From an uncultured Alphaproteobacteria bacterium (lineage in GTDB: Bacteria > Pseudomonadota > Alphaproteobacteria > UBA8366 > JADFVY01), in contig CAMYNJ010000083.1 in assembly GCA_947259795.1 (NCBI GenBank), positions 1-63,783 on the forward strand: a stretch of 63,783 bases of DNA, written 5' to 3'. This document shows, one piece after another, positions 41,812 through 51,937 of the stretch; within the stretch, counting starts at the first letter, position 1; every line of letters starts with the position of its first letter. A program made the translations under genes and the position numbers. Below the pieces are notes generated by a model that was not told the origin of the DNA, did no database searches, and worked only from the letters and a program-made list of their open reading frames with translations.

Positions 41812-42501
41812 ATGGCAAAGATCAGCATCGTCATCCCTACCCTGAACGCCGCCGCCGCGCTGCGGCGCAGCCTGCCGCCGCTGGCGGAATTCGCCGTGCT
41901 GGATCTGATCCGCGATGTCATCGTCGCCGACGGCGGGTCGACCGACGAAACTCTGGCGATCGCCGAGGCTGCGGGGGCACATTTCATACAGGCGAAAAAG
42001 GGACGCGGCGTCCAGCTTGCCACCGGCGCGGAGGCGGCGCGCGGCGACTGGCTGCTGTTCCTGCATGCCGATACGATCCTGCAGCCGGGCTGGGGCCGGG
42101 CGGTACGCGATTTTATCAGCAACACTGAAAATCTGCGCTGTGCCGGCTATTTCCGCTTCGCGCTGGATGACAGCCGGCTGGGCGCGCGGCGCATCCAGTG
42201 GCTGACCAATTTGCGGGCCCGCATCCTCGGTCTGCCCTACGGTGACCAGGGGCTTTTGGTCTCGCGCGGGTTCTATCGCCAACTCGGCGGCTTCCGGCCG
42301 CTGGCGCTGATGGAGGATGTCGACCTCGTCCGCCGCATCGGACGCGGCCGGCTGCAAATGCTGAAGGCCACCGCCGTCACCTCGGCCGCGCGTTACCGGC
42401 ACGACGGTTTCTGGCTCCGGCCGATCCGCAACCAGTTCTGCCTGTTGCTCTGGCTCCTCGGCATTCCGCTTAAACGCATCATGCGGATCTATTACCGGTG
42501 A
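41812..42501 (+). CDS. GT2 glycosyltransferase, TIGR04283-like
   Basis: SIVIPTLN, VADGGSTD, FLHADT, LPYGDQG, MEDV, TSAARY. Confidence 0.88.
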   Translation: MAKISIVIPTLNAAAALRRSLPPLAEFAVLDLIRDVIVADGGSTDETLAIAEAAGAHFIQAKKGRGVQLATGAEAARGDWLLFLHADTILQPGWGRAVRDFISNTENLRCAGYFRFALDDSRLGARRIQWLTNLRARILGLPYGDQGLLVSRGFYRQLGGFRPLALMEDVDLVRRIGRGRLQMLKATAVTSAARYRHDGFWLRPIRNQFCLLLWLLGIPLKRIMRIYYR

Positions 42502-43085
42502 GGGGCACGCTGATCGTCTTCGCCCGCGCCCCTCAGCTGGGCGGGGTCAAGCGACGGCTGGCCGCCGGCATCGGCTGCCGCGCGGCGCTGCGCTTTCACC
42601 GCATCAATACCGAATCGCTGATCCGCCGCCTGGGCCGCGACCGGCGCTGGCGCACGATGCTAGCGGTCACGCCCGAACCCTGGCGATGGCCCGCTCATTT
42701 GCCGCGCATGAACCAACATGGCCATGATTTGGGTGCGCGCATGGCCAATGCACTACGGACTGCGCCGCGAGGCCCCGTCCTCCTAGTCGGTAGTGACGTT
42801 CCCGGCATAACGGCCGACGGCATCGCCCGCGCCTTCCATGCACTCCAATCGGCCGACGCGGTGTTCGGCCCCGCGCGCGACGGCGGCTACTGGCTGGTGG
42901 GAATACGGAACAAGGGCCTGCTGCGCCGGCTGTTCCGCAATGTGCGCTGGTCCGGCGAACATGCGCTGGCGGACACGGCTTCGAACCTGCCTGCCGGCCG
43001 CCGCCATGTGCTGGTCGACATGTTGGAAGATGTCGATGATGCGGAAAGTTGGCGGCGCTGGCGGGATAGCGTTAACCGCCCGTAA
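42498..43085 (+). CDS. TIGR04282/DUF2064 transferase (CofC/MobA-like fold)
   Basis: FARAP..GVKRRL, DLGARM, VGSDVP, GPARDGGYWLVG, VRWS, DVDD; GTGA overlap with the upstream GT. Confidence 0.88.
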   Translation: MRGTLIVFARAPQLGGVKRRLAAGIGCRAALRFHRINTESLIRRLGRDRRWRTMLAVTPEPWRWPAHLPRMNQHGHDLGARMANALRTAPRGPVLLVGSDVPGITADGIARAFHALQSADAVFGPARDGGYWLVGIRNKGLLRRLFRNVRWSGEHALADTASNLPAGRRHVLVDMLEDVDDAESWRRWRDSVNRP

Positions 43086-44022
43086 TCGCCTTGGCGCGCG
43101 CTTCCAGTTTCGCCGCCTCGTCCTTGCGGCCCATCTCGCTTAGCAGCGCCGCATAATCCCTCAACACCTGGGCGAGATCCGGGTCGTCGGCCCCCAGTGC
43201 CTTTTCGGCCCGCGCCAACGCTTCCCTGAACAGGATTTCCGATTCCGCATGACGGCCCTGGGTCTGGCGGATTTTCGCCAGATTGTTATAGCCGGATGCG
43301 ATGCCGGGATGGTCCGGGCCGAACAGTTCCTCGCGCATCGCCATCGCTTCACGAAACAGCGCCTCGGCCTCCTCGAGCTGGCCCTGCTCGCGCAGCACCC
43401 AGCCCAGCATATGGATGCTGTTCGCGGTTTCCGCGTCGGCGCCGGGCCGCGTCGCGCGCCGCAGCGCCAGACTCTCGCGGTAATGCGGCTCGGCATCGGC
43501 CAGATCACCCATCATCATCAGCGCGCCGGCCAGCCGGAAATGGCCGATCGCGATCTCGGGATTGTCCAGGCTGGAAAGCGTTCTGGTGATAACCAGCGAA
43601 TCACCGAATGCCGCGGCAGCCTCGGCGAATCGGCCCTGCTCGCGGATTGCCAGCCCCATCAGCGTCAGCGACTCGGCGACCGCCGGGTGCATCCCGCCAT
43701 ACAGCTTCAGGCGCTGTTCCAGCGCCCGGCCATGAAATCTTTCCGCCTCGGCGAAGGCGCCTAGTTCGTAGGCCAGCACGCCCATATTGCCGTTGCCGAC
43801 GGGCCTTCTGGGATCGTCTTCGGCAAGGGATTCCGCCAGTGCCAGCGCCTTTCGGAAATGCCGTTCGGCCGCCGCAAGCTCGCCCTTGCCGAACGCCTCC
43901 ACACCGGCCTTGGTGGCGGTCCCCCAAGGGTCCGTCTGGGCCTGGGCGGGCAGCCAAGCAAGGCACAGCAACAGGATTCCGGCCAGCCGGCAAAGCGCCG
44001 CGCCGGGCCGCGCGCGGTTCAT
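43072..44022 (-). CDS. Exported tetratricopeptide-repeat protein
   Basis: Signal peptide ending AQA; 42-aa TPR repeats (HPxxAxSxxNLA..QG..EAE). Confidence 0.85.
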   Translation of the reverse strand: MNRARPGAALCRLAGILLLCLAWLPAQAQTDPWGTATKAGVEAFGKGELAAAERHFRKALALAESLAEDDPRRPVGNGNMGVLAYELGAFAEAERFHGRALEQRLKLYGGMHPAVAESLTLMGLAIREQGRFAEAAAAFGDSLVITRTLSSLDNPEIAIGHFRLAGALMMMGDLADAEPHYRESLALRRATRPGADAETANSIHMLGWVLREQGQLEEAEALFREAMAMREELFGPDHPGIASGYNNLAKIRQTQGRHAESEILFREALARAEKALGADDPDLAQVLRDYAALLSEMGRKDEAAKLEARAKAITGG

Positions 44023-44546
44023 TTTTCCTGCAGCCGCGGCATCAGTTCCACGAAGTTGCAGGGCGTGGTGCGCGCGTCCAGCTGATGCACGAGGATGTCG
44101 TCCCAGGCGTCCTTGCAGGCGCCGGTGGAACCGGGCAAGGCGAAGATATAGGTGCCCTTCGCGACCGCCCCCATGGCGCGGCTCTGGATGGTCGAAGTCT
44201 TGATCTTCTGATAGCTGATCCAGCGGAACAGCTCGCCGAAGCCGGGGATTTCCTTCTCCGCGACGCGATTCAGCGCTTCCGGCGTGACGTCGCGCCCGGT
44301 GACACCCGTGCCACCGGTGGAGATGATCACGTCGATTTCCGGATCGTCGATCCAGTCCTGCATCCTGGCGGCGATGAGATCGGCTTCGTCGCGCACGATG
44401 GCGCGGGCAGCCAGCTTGTGGCCGGCCCCCTCCAGCCGCTCGATCAGGGTGCTGCCGGAACGGTCGTCGGCTTCGGTCCTTGTGTCCGAAACCGTCATGA
44501 CCGCGATGTTCACAGGAAGAAAATCGCGGCGGCCTTCGATTTGCAC
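44019..44546 (-). CDS. moaB: Molybdenum cofactor biosynthesis protein B
   Basis: TVSDTR, DRSG, TGGTGVTGRDVTPEA, PGFGELFR, LPGS, PCNFVEL; GTG start. Confidence 0.95.
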   Translation of the reverse strand: MQIEGRRDFLPVNIAVMTVSDTRTEADDRSGSTLIERLEGAGHKLAARAIVRDEADLIAARMQDWIDDPEIDVIISTGGTGVTGRDVTPEALNRVAEKEIPGFGELFRWISYQKIKTSTIQSRAMGAVAKGTYIFALPGSTGACKDAWDDILVHQLDARTTPCNFVELMPRLQEK

Positions 44547-44547
44547 G

Positions 44548-46410
44548 TCAGTTCTCGCTGGTGGTCCTGTTGAATGCAACGACCTGCCGATTCAGCGGGT
44601 CGTGCGCACTGTAGACCGGCCAGTCGCCGGCGACAACATCCCGCAGCGACGGACGCGGCTGGCCCAGACGGTCGCGATAGATCCAGTAATTGGCCAACAC
44701 CTTCTCTACATAGTCGCGGGTTTCACGGTTCGGGATGCTCTCGATGAACAGCAGCGGATCGTTGCGGAAATCGACGCCGCGCATCCATTTCCGCAGGTTC
44801 CCCGGCCCACCGTTATAGGCCGCCACCGCCATGAACAGATTCTGGTCGATCGCCGGTGTATCCAGCAAATGGCGGATATATTTCTGGCCCAGCGTAACGT
44901 TCAACTCCGGGTCGTACAGCTTGTCGCGCCGCCAGCCGCGATAGCGCTGGCCCGAAATGAAGCCCGCGGTGCCGGGCATAAGCTGCATCAGTCCGCGCGC
45001 GCCGGCGCGGCTCTTGGCCCCGGTCTTGAAGTTGGATTCCTGGCGCATCAGCGCGAAAATCAGCGCGCGGTCCACCTGGAAGCCGCCGTTCGGCTTCCAC
45101 CCCGGCAGGGGGAACAGCGCCGCATTGTGCCAATGCCCGTCGCGCTTGTTGATCGCATAGCCGACCTGGAAGGACAGCGCGGCGATCTGTTCATTGTCGG
45201 CGTAGGCCATCAGGGTCTTCAGCATATCGGGCGGCATGCGCGAGAAAACGCGCTTGAGCTCCGCGAGGCCCTGTCGCTCCTCGCCAATCTGCATTAGCGC
45301 CAGGCCGCGCCGCGCCGCCGGGACATTCAGGATCTGGCGGGCCGCGTCGGGGCTGGCGCCGGGAACCTGCCAGTCGATCGCATGTTCCAGCGCCAGGGCT
45401 TCCTGGCCCAGCACGCCATAGAAAGTCATCGGACGCGCCGCCGCCAGTTGCAGCATCGCCACGACCTTGTCGGGCTGGCGGTCGACCAAATAGGCCCGGG
45501 CTGCCCAGTAGGCGCCAGCCGATACCAGCCAGTCGCTGCCGGTGCGTGAATTCGCCAGCGCCGCGAACTGTTCAGCCGCCACGTCATACTGGCGCAGCCG
45601 CCAGGCCACCAGCCCGGCCCACCAATGAGCATCCGACACCCATTCGCCGGACCGGTTGGCGGCGCTCAAGGCTAGTTCCAGCGCCTTCTCGTTCTTGTCG
45701 GCCTGGTAATAGGCCCGGGCTATATCGGCCAGCGCTTCGTCATAACTGATCGAATCGAAATGCCGCGCGACGCTCTTGGTCTCCAGATACTCCAATGCCC
45801 TGGTCGGTGCCCCCATGCGCAGCCAGCGGGCGATACGCCGTTCGGCATAGCGCAGGTCCCGGCTATTGCGGCGGCGCACCGGCGGATTCGGCGCGGCGTT
45901 CGCGGGCTCGGCCTGCCGCGGCGCCGGTTTCGTCCAGGAAATATTGACCGAGGGAATAGCCGGCTTGCGCGGCCATTTCCAGTTGGCAGGCCGGCGTTTT
46001 ACGGCAAGCCTGTAAATCCGCTCGGCTTCCGGATGGTCGGCGTAGTCACGCATCCAGTCCTTCAGTTCCTCGTAGCGGGACCGGTAGGCGCGCGGGTGCA
46101 TATAGCGCTGGTAAAGCACATGGCCCATCAACAGCCGGTCGGAGAGCTGCTTGATGCGCTTGTCCGCAGCTTTCCATTCGCCGCCCTTCTGAAGGCGGAA
46201 AATCTCGCGGTAAAGCCGCGCATCGCTGTCGCTGAGGACAGTGAGGGTTTCCGCGATCTCACTATTCCTGTCGACGTGCGGGAACTGTATGCCGGCAAGC
46301 GGCAGTGCGTCACCGATCTCCGCCGCCGCATTGTTCGGCGTCAGGCAGACCAGCATCCCCAATAAGGCGGCAAATGCCGCGGGGATAGTCCGAAATCCAG
46401 CGATAATCAA
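44548..46410 (-). CDS. Soluble lytic murein transglycosylase (Slt70-like)
   Basis: RQES, GARGLMQLMP, AAYNGGPGN, FIESIP..ETRDYV; TTG start with GGAGGG SD. Confidence 0.9.
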   Translation of the reverse strand: MIIAGFRTIPAAFAALLGMLVCLTPNNAAAEIGDALPLAGIQFPHVDRNSEIAETLTVLSDSDARLYREIFRLQKGGEWKAADKRIKQLSDRLLMGHVLYQRYMHPRAYRSRYEELKDWMRDYADHPEAERIYRLAVKRRPANWKWPRKPAIPSVNISWTKPAPRQAEPANAAPNPPVRRRNSRDLRYAERRIARWLRMGAPTRALEYLETKSVARHFDSISYDEALADIARAYYQADKNEKALELALSAANRSGEWVSDAHWWAGLVAWRLRQYDVAAEQFAALANSRTGSDWLVSAGAYWAARAYLVDRQPDKVVAMLQLAAARPMTFYGVLGQEALALEHAIDWQVPGASPDAARQILNVPAARRGLALMQIGEERQGLAELKRVFSRMPPDMLKTLMAYADNEQIAALSFQVGYAINKRDGHWHNAALFPLPGWKPNGGFQVDRALIFALMRQESNFKTGAKSRAGARGLMQLMPGTAGFISGQRYRGWRRDKLYDPELNVTLGQKYIRHLLDTPAIDQNLFMAVAAYNGGPGNLRKWMRGVDFRNDPLLFIESIPNRETRDYVEKVLANYWIYRDRLGQPRPSLRDVVAGDWPVYSAHDPLNRQVVAFNRTTSEN

Positions 46411-46589
46411 TTTGCCCTCCAGCCCGAGCAGCCCTTTTGCCGGGCCAAGCGAATCAATGAATATCATGGCATCAGGATAGAATCTTGTCGTAAAGAAATC
46501 GTATAGGCTGAAATTCGGCAAGCCATAAGGCCGGTAAAGGGCGAATCGAATAAAGCAGGACTTGTTTCTTACCGATCCTGGGTGGGCCG

Positions 46590-47402
46590 TCAGGTTAGTT
46601 CGTCCAGCTTTTCTCTCAATGACAGGAAGTCCATCCAGGTCTCTCGTTTTTGTGCCGGGTTGCGCAGCAGGTAGGCAGGATGGAAGGTGGGCATCGCCGG
46701 AATCGGCGCCTCCAGCCCCTCGCCATATTCGACCCAGCGCCCCCTGGCCCTGTTGATGCCGCTGTTCAGCCCCAGCACCGTGTTCATCGCCGGCCGGCCC
46801 AGCGTAACCAGCAGGCGCGGCCGGACGAGCGCGATATGGCGCCGCACGAAAGGCAGGCAGGCGGCGGTTTCCGCATCGGTCGGGCTGCGGTTTCCCGGCG
46901 GCCGCCAGAAGATGATGTTGGTGATATAGACCGACTGTTCGTCCAGCCCGATGAAAGACAATATCCGGTCCAGCAGCCGTCCGCTGGCGCCGACGAAGGG
47001 CAGGCCTTCCCTGTCTTCCTCGGCTCCCGGGGCTTCCCCGATGAACATGACCGGCGCATCCGGGTTACCGCGCGCGAAGACCAGGTTGGTGGCGGTCTGT
47101 TTCAGCGCGCAGCCCTCGAATTTCTCCAGCGCCGCACGCAGCGAGTCGAGATCGTCGGCCGCCGCCGCGGCCTCACGCGCATCCGCCGCGCCCTGGGCCG
47201 GCGCCAGCGGTGCATCCGGGCCGGGGTCGCGTGACGATGGCGCGGAGGCCCCGATCGGTTCTTGCGTGATCGGCGGGGGTTCCGGCGCTGCGGCGGGCCG
47301 CCCGGTCCTGCGGCGATCAATCGGCTCCTCGCCGATGGCCTCGTCCGCGCCCATCGCCGCCATCCAGTCCAGCGCGGCCAGTCTCCGCCGCCGGTCGGTC
47401 AT
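46590..47402 (-). CDS. Uracil-DNA glycosylase family 4
   Basis: [32 protein letters not shown]. Confidence 0.93.
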   Translation of the reverse strand: MTDRRRRLAALDWMAAMGADEAIGEEPIDRRRTGRPAAAPEPPPITQEPIGASAPSSRDPGPDAPLAPAQGAADAREAAAAADDLDSLRAALEKFEGCALKQTATNLVFARGNPDAPVMFIGEAPGAEEDREGLPFVGASGRLLDRILSFIGLDEQSVYITNIIFWRPPGNRSPTDAETAACLPFVRRHIALVRPRLLVTLGRPAMNTVLGLNSGINRARGRWVEYGEGLEAPIPAMPTFHPAYLLRNPAQKRETWMDFLSLREKLDELT

Positions 47403-47538
47403 TGCATCCACTCCGTTTGCGCTATCGCCTGCCGCCCCCGCAAAGAGGCCGCTGTCATACTAGTATCAGCCGCATTGGTTCTGGAAATCATTTCGGTGGT
47501 GTTATAGGTATCGTTGCCAATCGGACAGGAGCACGGGT

Positions 47539-49170
47539 ATGGAACGCGAATCCATGGAATTCGATGTCGTGATCGTCGGCGCCGGCCCTTCGGGGCTGGC
47601 CGCGGCGATCCGCCTGAAACAGCTCTGCGCGGACAAGGGCCAGAATTTGAGCGTCTGCGTCCTGGAAAAGGGCGCGGAGGTCGGCGCGCATATCCTGTCG
47701 GGCGCGGTGATGGATCCCGGCGCGCTGACCGAATTGATCCCCGACTGGAAGGAGAAGGGCGCGCCGCTGAACATGCCGGCCGGGAAAGACAGCTTCCTGT
47801 ATCTGACCGCCTCGAAGGCGTATCGCTTGCCGACGCCGCCGCAGATGCACAATCACGGCAACTATGTCATCAGCCTGGGCAATGTAGTGCGCTGGCTGAG
47901 CGAGCAGGCCGAGGCGCTGGAGGTCGAGGTCTATCCCGGTTTCGCGGCGGCCGAGGTTCTCTATCACGAGGACGGTTCGGTCAAGGGCGTGGCGACCGGC
48001 GACATGGGCATCACCAAGACCGGCGAGCAGGGGCCGAATTATCAGCCCGGCATGGAGCTGCACGCCCGCCAGACGATCTTCGCCGAGGGCTGCCGCGGCT
48101 CGCTGACCAAGGTGCTGTTCGAGAAATTCGACCTGCGCCGCGACTGCGACCCGCAAACCTACGGCATCGGCATCAAGGAGCTGTGGGAGGTCGACCCGGC
48201 CAGGCACAGACCAGGCGCGATCATGCACAGCATCGGTTGGCCGCTGGACAGCCGCACCTATGGCGGTTCGTTCCTCTACCACCTGGAAAACAACCAGGTG
48301 GCGGTCGGTTTCGTGGTCGGGCTGGATTACGAGAATCCTTACCTGAGTCCTTACCATGAATTCCAGCGGTTCAAGCACCACCCCGCCATCCGGCCCACCT
48401 TCGAGGGCGGGCGGCGCATCGAATATGGCGCACGGGCGCTAAACGAAGGCGGTTTCCAGTCGATCCCGAAGCTAACCTTCCCCGGTGGGCTGCTGGTCGG
48501 CGACACTGCGGGTTTCCTGGACGTGCCGAAGATCAAGGGTTCGCACACGGCGATCAAGTCGGGCATGACGGCCGCGGAAGCAGTGTTCGCAGCGCTGATC
48601 GAGAGCGACAGCCCGCGCGAAGTCACCGCCTATGCGGAAAAGCTGAAACAAACCTGGGTCTGGCGCGACCTTTACAAGTCGCGCAATATCCGGCCGTCGT
48701 TTACCCGCGGGCGCTGGATCGGGCTGGCCTGGTCGGCGCTGGACACCTATCTGTTCCGCGGCAAGGCGCCCTGGACCTTCCGTCAGCATTCCGACCATGA
48801 CAGGTTGTTGCCGAAATCGGCCTGCAAGCCGATAGATTATCCCAAGCCGGACGGCGTTATCAGTTTCGACCGGCTGACCAACGTGGCCTTCTCCAATACC
48901 AGCCATGAAGAGGACCAACCGGCCCATCTGACGCTGAAAGACCCATCCGTGCCGATCGCGGTGAACCTCGACCGCTACGACGCGCCCGAGCAGCGCTACT
49001 GCCCGGCCGGGGTCTACGAGATCGTCACCGAGGGCGACGGCGCGCCGAAGCTGCAAATCAACGCGCAGAACTGTGTCCACTGCAAAACCTGCGACATCAA
49101 GGATCCGACGCAGAACATCAACTGGGTGGTGCCCGAAGGCGGTGGCGGGCCCGCCTATTCCGGGATGTAG
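47539..49170 (+). CDS. Electron transfer flavoprotein-ubiquinone oxidoreductase
   Basis: [41 protein letters not shown]. Confidence 0.96.
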   Translation: MERESMEFDVVIVGAGPSGLAAAIRLKQLCADKGQNLSVCVLEKGAEVGAHILSGAVMDPGALTELIPDWKEKGAPLNMPAGKDSFLYLTASKAYRLPTPPQMHNHGNYVISLGNVVRWLSEQAEALEVEVYPGFAAAEVLYHEDGSVKGVATGDMGITKTGEQGPNYQPGMELHARQTIFAEGCRGSLTKVLFEKFDLRRDCDPQTYGIGIKELWEVDPARHRPGAIMHSIGWPLDSRTYGGSFLYHLENNQVAVGFVVGLDYENPYLSPYHEFQRFKHHPAIRPTFEGGRRIEYGARALNEGGFQSIPKLTFPGGLLVGDTAGFLDVPKIKGSHTAIKSGMTAAEAVFAALIESDSPREVTAYAEKLKQTWVWRDLYKSRNIRPSFTRGRWIGLAWSALDTYLFRGKAPWTFRQHSDHDRLLPKSACKPIDYPKPDGVISFDRLTNVAFSNTSHEEDQPAHLTLKDPSVPIAVNLDRYDAPEQRYCPAGVYEIVTEGDGAPKLQINAQNCVHCKTCDIKDPTQNINWVVPEGGGGPAYSGM

Positions 49171-49265
49171 TCCGATTTCCGCTCGCCCGGAATTGGCGCT
49201 GCCCCGCTGGACGCGGCGGCGGCGGAACGGTACTGTTCGCCCGCCGATTCGTTTACAAGGGGATC

Positions 49266-51056
49266 ATGATGGGGCTAGCCGGCCTGTCCACATACAAGTT
49301 CTTCCGTCACCGAGGGATCTGGCGCGCCGCAATCGCGGCGGCGTTGTTGGTCGCCGGCTGCGCGACCGACAATCCCAGTAACACCGGTTCAGCGAATGCA
49401 GGTGAATCGCCACGACGGTTCAATGTTATCGAGCCCGTCGGGCAGCGTTCGCCCTATGGAAACTATCTGGCCGGGCGTTTTGCCGAGCGGCAGAAGGATT
49501 TCGCACAGGCAGCGGCGGCGTTCGGCCGTGCCCTGGACGATTTCCCCGATAATGTCGCGTTGATACGGCGGACCTTTTATCTGTCCCTGCAGGCTGGCCA
49601 GATGGACACGGCCCTGCGGCTGGCGCACAAGCTGGAAGAATCCGGCACGAAAGTTTCGACGGCCCAGCTTCTGCTGGCCGCCGAGTCCGTAGCCAATGAC
49701 GATTTCGCGAATGCCCTGCTGCGGATGGAGGCCATGGATCGCGAAGACCTGGCGCGCTATTCGGTCCCCCTGGCGCTGGCCTGGGCTCATGCCGGCGCGA
49801 ACGAGACCTCCGGCGCGTTAGCCGCGCTGGCGCCGCTGGACCGGGAAAGCGGCTTCGAAACCCTGCGGCAACTGCATGAGGCTTTCATCCAGGATTTCGC
49901 TGGTCAGCCCGGCCAGGCCGAAAAGGCATATCGCGCCGCACTCGGCGACGATCCCGCTACGGGGGCGAACCGCGTGGTCCGGGCCTATGGCGCGTTCCTG
50001 GAGCGCGGTGGGCGGGCCAGTGAAGCGGCCGCGCTCTATGACGGCTATACCGGCGGTGACATGAACGGACTGCTGTTCGAAGCCGCGCGTGAACGTCTCG
50101 CGGCAGGGCGCAAGCCCGATCCAAGGATCGATTCGGCGGCCTCCGGCATGGCCGAGGGTTTTTTCGATATCGCCTCGATCCTCCCCAAGGAAAGGGCTGG
50201 CGAAATCGTGCTGATCTATTGCCGGCTGGCGCTGTATCTGCGGCCTGATTTTCCGCTGGCCCAACTCCTGATGGCCGACGTTTACGAAGGATTCGGACGT
50301 TACGCGGAAGCGGCCGAAATCTATCGCGGCATCGATCAGGCGGGCGCCTATGGTTGGGTGGCCCGATTGCGGCTGTCCGACGATCTGTACGAGTTGGGTG
50401 ATGTCGAGGGCGCGACCGCGCTTCTGCGAATGATGGCCGACGAGCGGCCGGAACGCAGCGACGCGCTGGTGCGTCTCGGCAATATCCTGCGCTACGAGGA
50501 ACGTTACACCGAATCTGTGGTGGCTTATGACCGTGCCGTGGCGCGCATAGGCGAAATCACGGGCGGCAACTGGACCATCCTCTACAGCCGCGGAATCTCG
50601 CTTGAACGCTCCAGACAATGGGACCGCGCGGAACAGGATTTCCTGAAGGCCCTGGAGCTGGAGCCCGACCAGCCTTTCGTCCTCAACTATCTGGGTTACA
50701 GCTGGGTCGAACAGGGCAAGAACCTCGCCCAGGCCCGCGACATGCTGGAGCGCGCCGTGGCGCAGCGCCAGGATGACGGCTATATCGTCGACAGCATGGG
50801 ATGGGCGCTTTACAAGCTGGGCGAATTTACAGATGCCGTCGTTTATCTGGAGCGCGCGGTGGCCCTGCACCCGCAGGACCCGGTAATCAATGATCACCTG
50901 GGCGACGCCTACTGGCGCGTCGGCCGGCGGGACGAGGCGCGGATCCAGTGGCGCCGCGCCCTGGGGCTAAGTCCTGAAGACGAGCTGCGCGACCAGATCC
51001 AGGACAAGCTGGAGGAAGGTTTGCCGGCGAGTGAGCCGCGCGGCGGCAGCGGGTGA
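49266..51056 (+). CDS. TPR-repeat lipoprotein
   Basis: VAGC lipobox, YLAGRFA, LNYLGYSW, DSMGWALY, DHLGDAYW; upstream of ispE. Confidence 0.9.
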   Translation: MMGLAGLSTYKFFRHRGIWRAAIAAALLVAGCATDNPSNTGSANAGESPRRFNVIEPVGQRSPYGNYLAGRFAERQKDFAQAAAAFGRALDDFPDNVALIRRTFYLSLQAGQMDTALRLAHKLEESGTKVSTAQLLLAAESVANDDFANALLRMEAMDREDLARYSVPLALAWAHAGANETSGALAALAPLDRESGFETLRQLHEAFIQDFAGQPGQAEKAYRAALGDDPATGANRVVRAYGAFLERGGRASEAAALYDGYTGGDMNGLLFEAARERLAAGRKPDPRIDSAASGMAEGFFDIASILPKERAGEIVLIYCRLALYLRPDFPLAQLLMADVYEGFGRYAEAAEIYRGIDQAGAYGWVARLRLSDDLYELGDVEGATALLRMMADERPERSDALVRLGNILRYEERYTESVVAYDRAVARIGEITGGNWTILYSRGISLERSRQWDRAEQDFLKALELEPDQPFVLNYLGYSWVEQGKNLAQARDMLERAVAQRQDDGYIVDSMGWALYKLGEFTDAVVYLERAVALHPQDPVINDHLGDAYWRVGRRDEARIQWRRALGLSPEDELRDQIQDKLEEGLPASEPRGGSG

Positions 51057-51937
51057 TCGACGAGGCTCCAGGCGCCCTCCGGCTGGCCGCGCCGGCCAAG
51101 GTCAATCTCTATCTCCATGTTACCGGGCGGCGTGCCGACGGCTACCACTTGCTGGACAGTCTGGTCGTGTTCACCGCAGTGTCGGACCGGCTCGAATTGA
51201 GGCCAGCGGACCGCCTGTCGCTTGCCGTCGAAGGCGCGTTCGCGGACAATGCCGGACCGGATGACGACAATCTCGTGCTGCGCGCTGCGCGGGCGCTGGC
51301 CGGGGCGGCGAACATGGACAAGGGCATGGCGGCCAGGCTGGTAAAGAATATACCGGCGGCGGCCGGACTGGGCGGCGGGTCGGCCGATGCGGCGGCGGCG
51401 CTAAGGGGCCTGATGCGGTTATGGGACATCGCGCCGGATGCCGTCGATTTGCCCGCGCTTGCCCTGGGGCTCGGCGCGGACATACCGGTCTGCCTGGCGG
51501 CGAAGTCTGCTTTCGTCAGCGGCGTCGGCGATCAGGTTGAGACCGCACCGACACTTCCCAATGTCGGGTTGCTGCTGGTCAATCCCGGCGTCGCATTGGC
51601 CACGCCGTCGGTTTTCGCCGGGCGCCGCGGCGGGTTCTCGCCGCCCGGGCGGTTTTCCGAGTCGCCAGCATCCGTTGCGGCACTTGCCACCCTGCTGCGC
51701 GAACGCGACAATGATCTCGCCGCGGCGGCAATCGCGCTGGCGCCCGTAATCGCGGACGTTCTTGCCGCCCTGGAATCGGCCCCTGGATGCCATCTGGCAC
51801 GCATGACAGGCAGTGGCGCCACCTGTTTCGGCCTGTTCGATGACGAGGCGTCGGCCATGAATGCGGCGGGCGCGCTAAGTCGGGACGGCTGGTGGGTTCA
51901 GGCGACCCGTCTGCTTCAATCCGGGTCGGATACGTAA
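51053..51937 (+). CDS. ispE: 4-diphosphocytidyl-2-C-methyl-D-erythritol kinase
   Basis: APAKVNLYL, DGYH, AAGLGGGSADA, LGADIP, MTGSGATCF. Confidence 0.96.
   Translation: MIDEAPGALRLAAPAKVNLYLHVTGRRADGYHLLDSLVVFTAVSDRLELRPADRLSLAVEGAFADNAGPDDDNLVLRAARALAGAANMDKGMAARLVKNIPAAAGLGGGSADAAAALRGLMRLWDIAPDAVDLPALALGLGADIPVCLAAKSAFVSGVGDQVETAPTLPNVGLLLVNPGVALATPSVFAGRRGGFSPPGRFSESPASVAALATLLRERDNDLAAAAIALAPVIADVLAALESAPGCHLARMTGSGATCFGLFDDEASAMNAAGALSRDGWWVQATRLLQSGSDT

Noticed and set aside
46590-47402. Family-4 UDG missing some Fe-S cysteines
   Set aside because: This pattern (EGCALK, WRPPGNR) is, to my knowledge, common in alphaproteobacterial homologues
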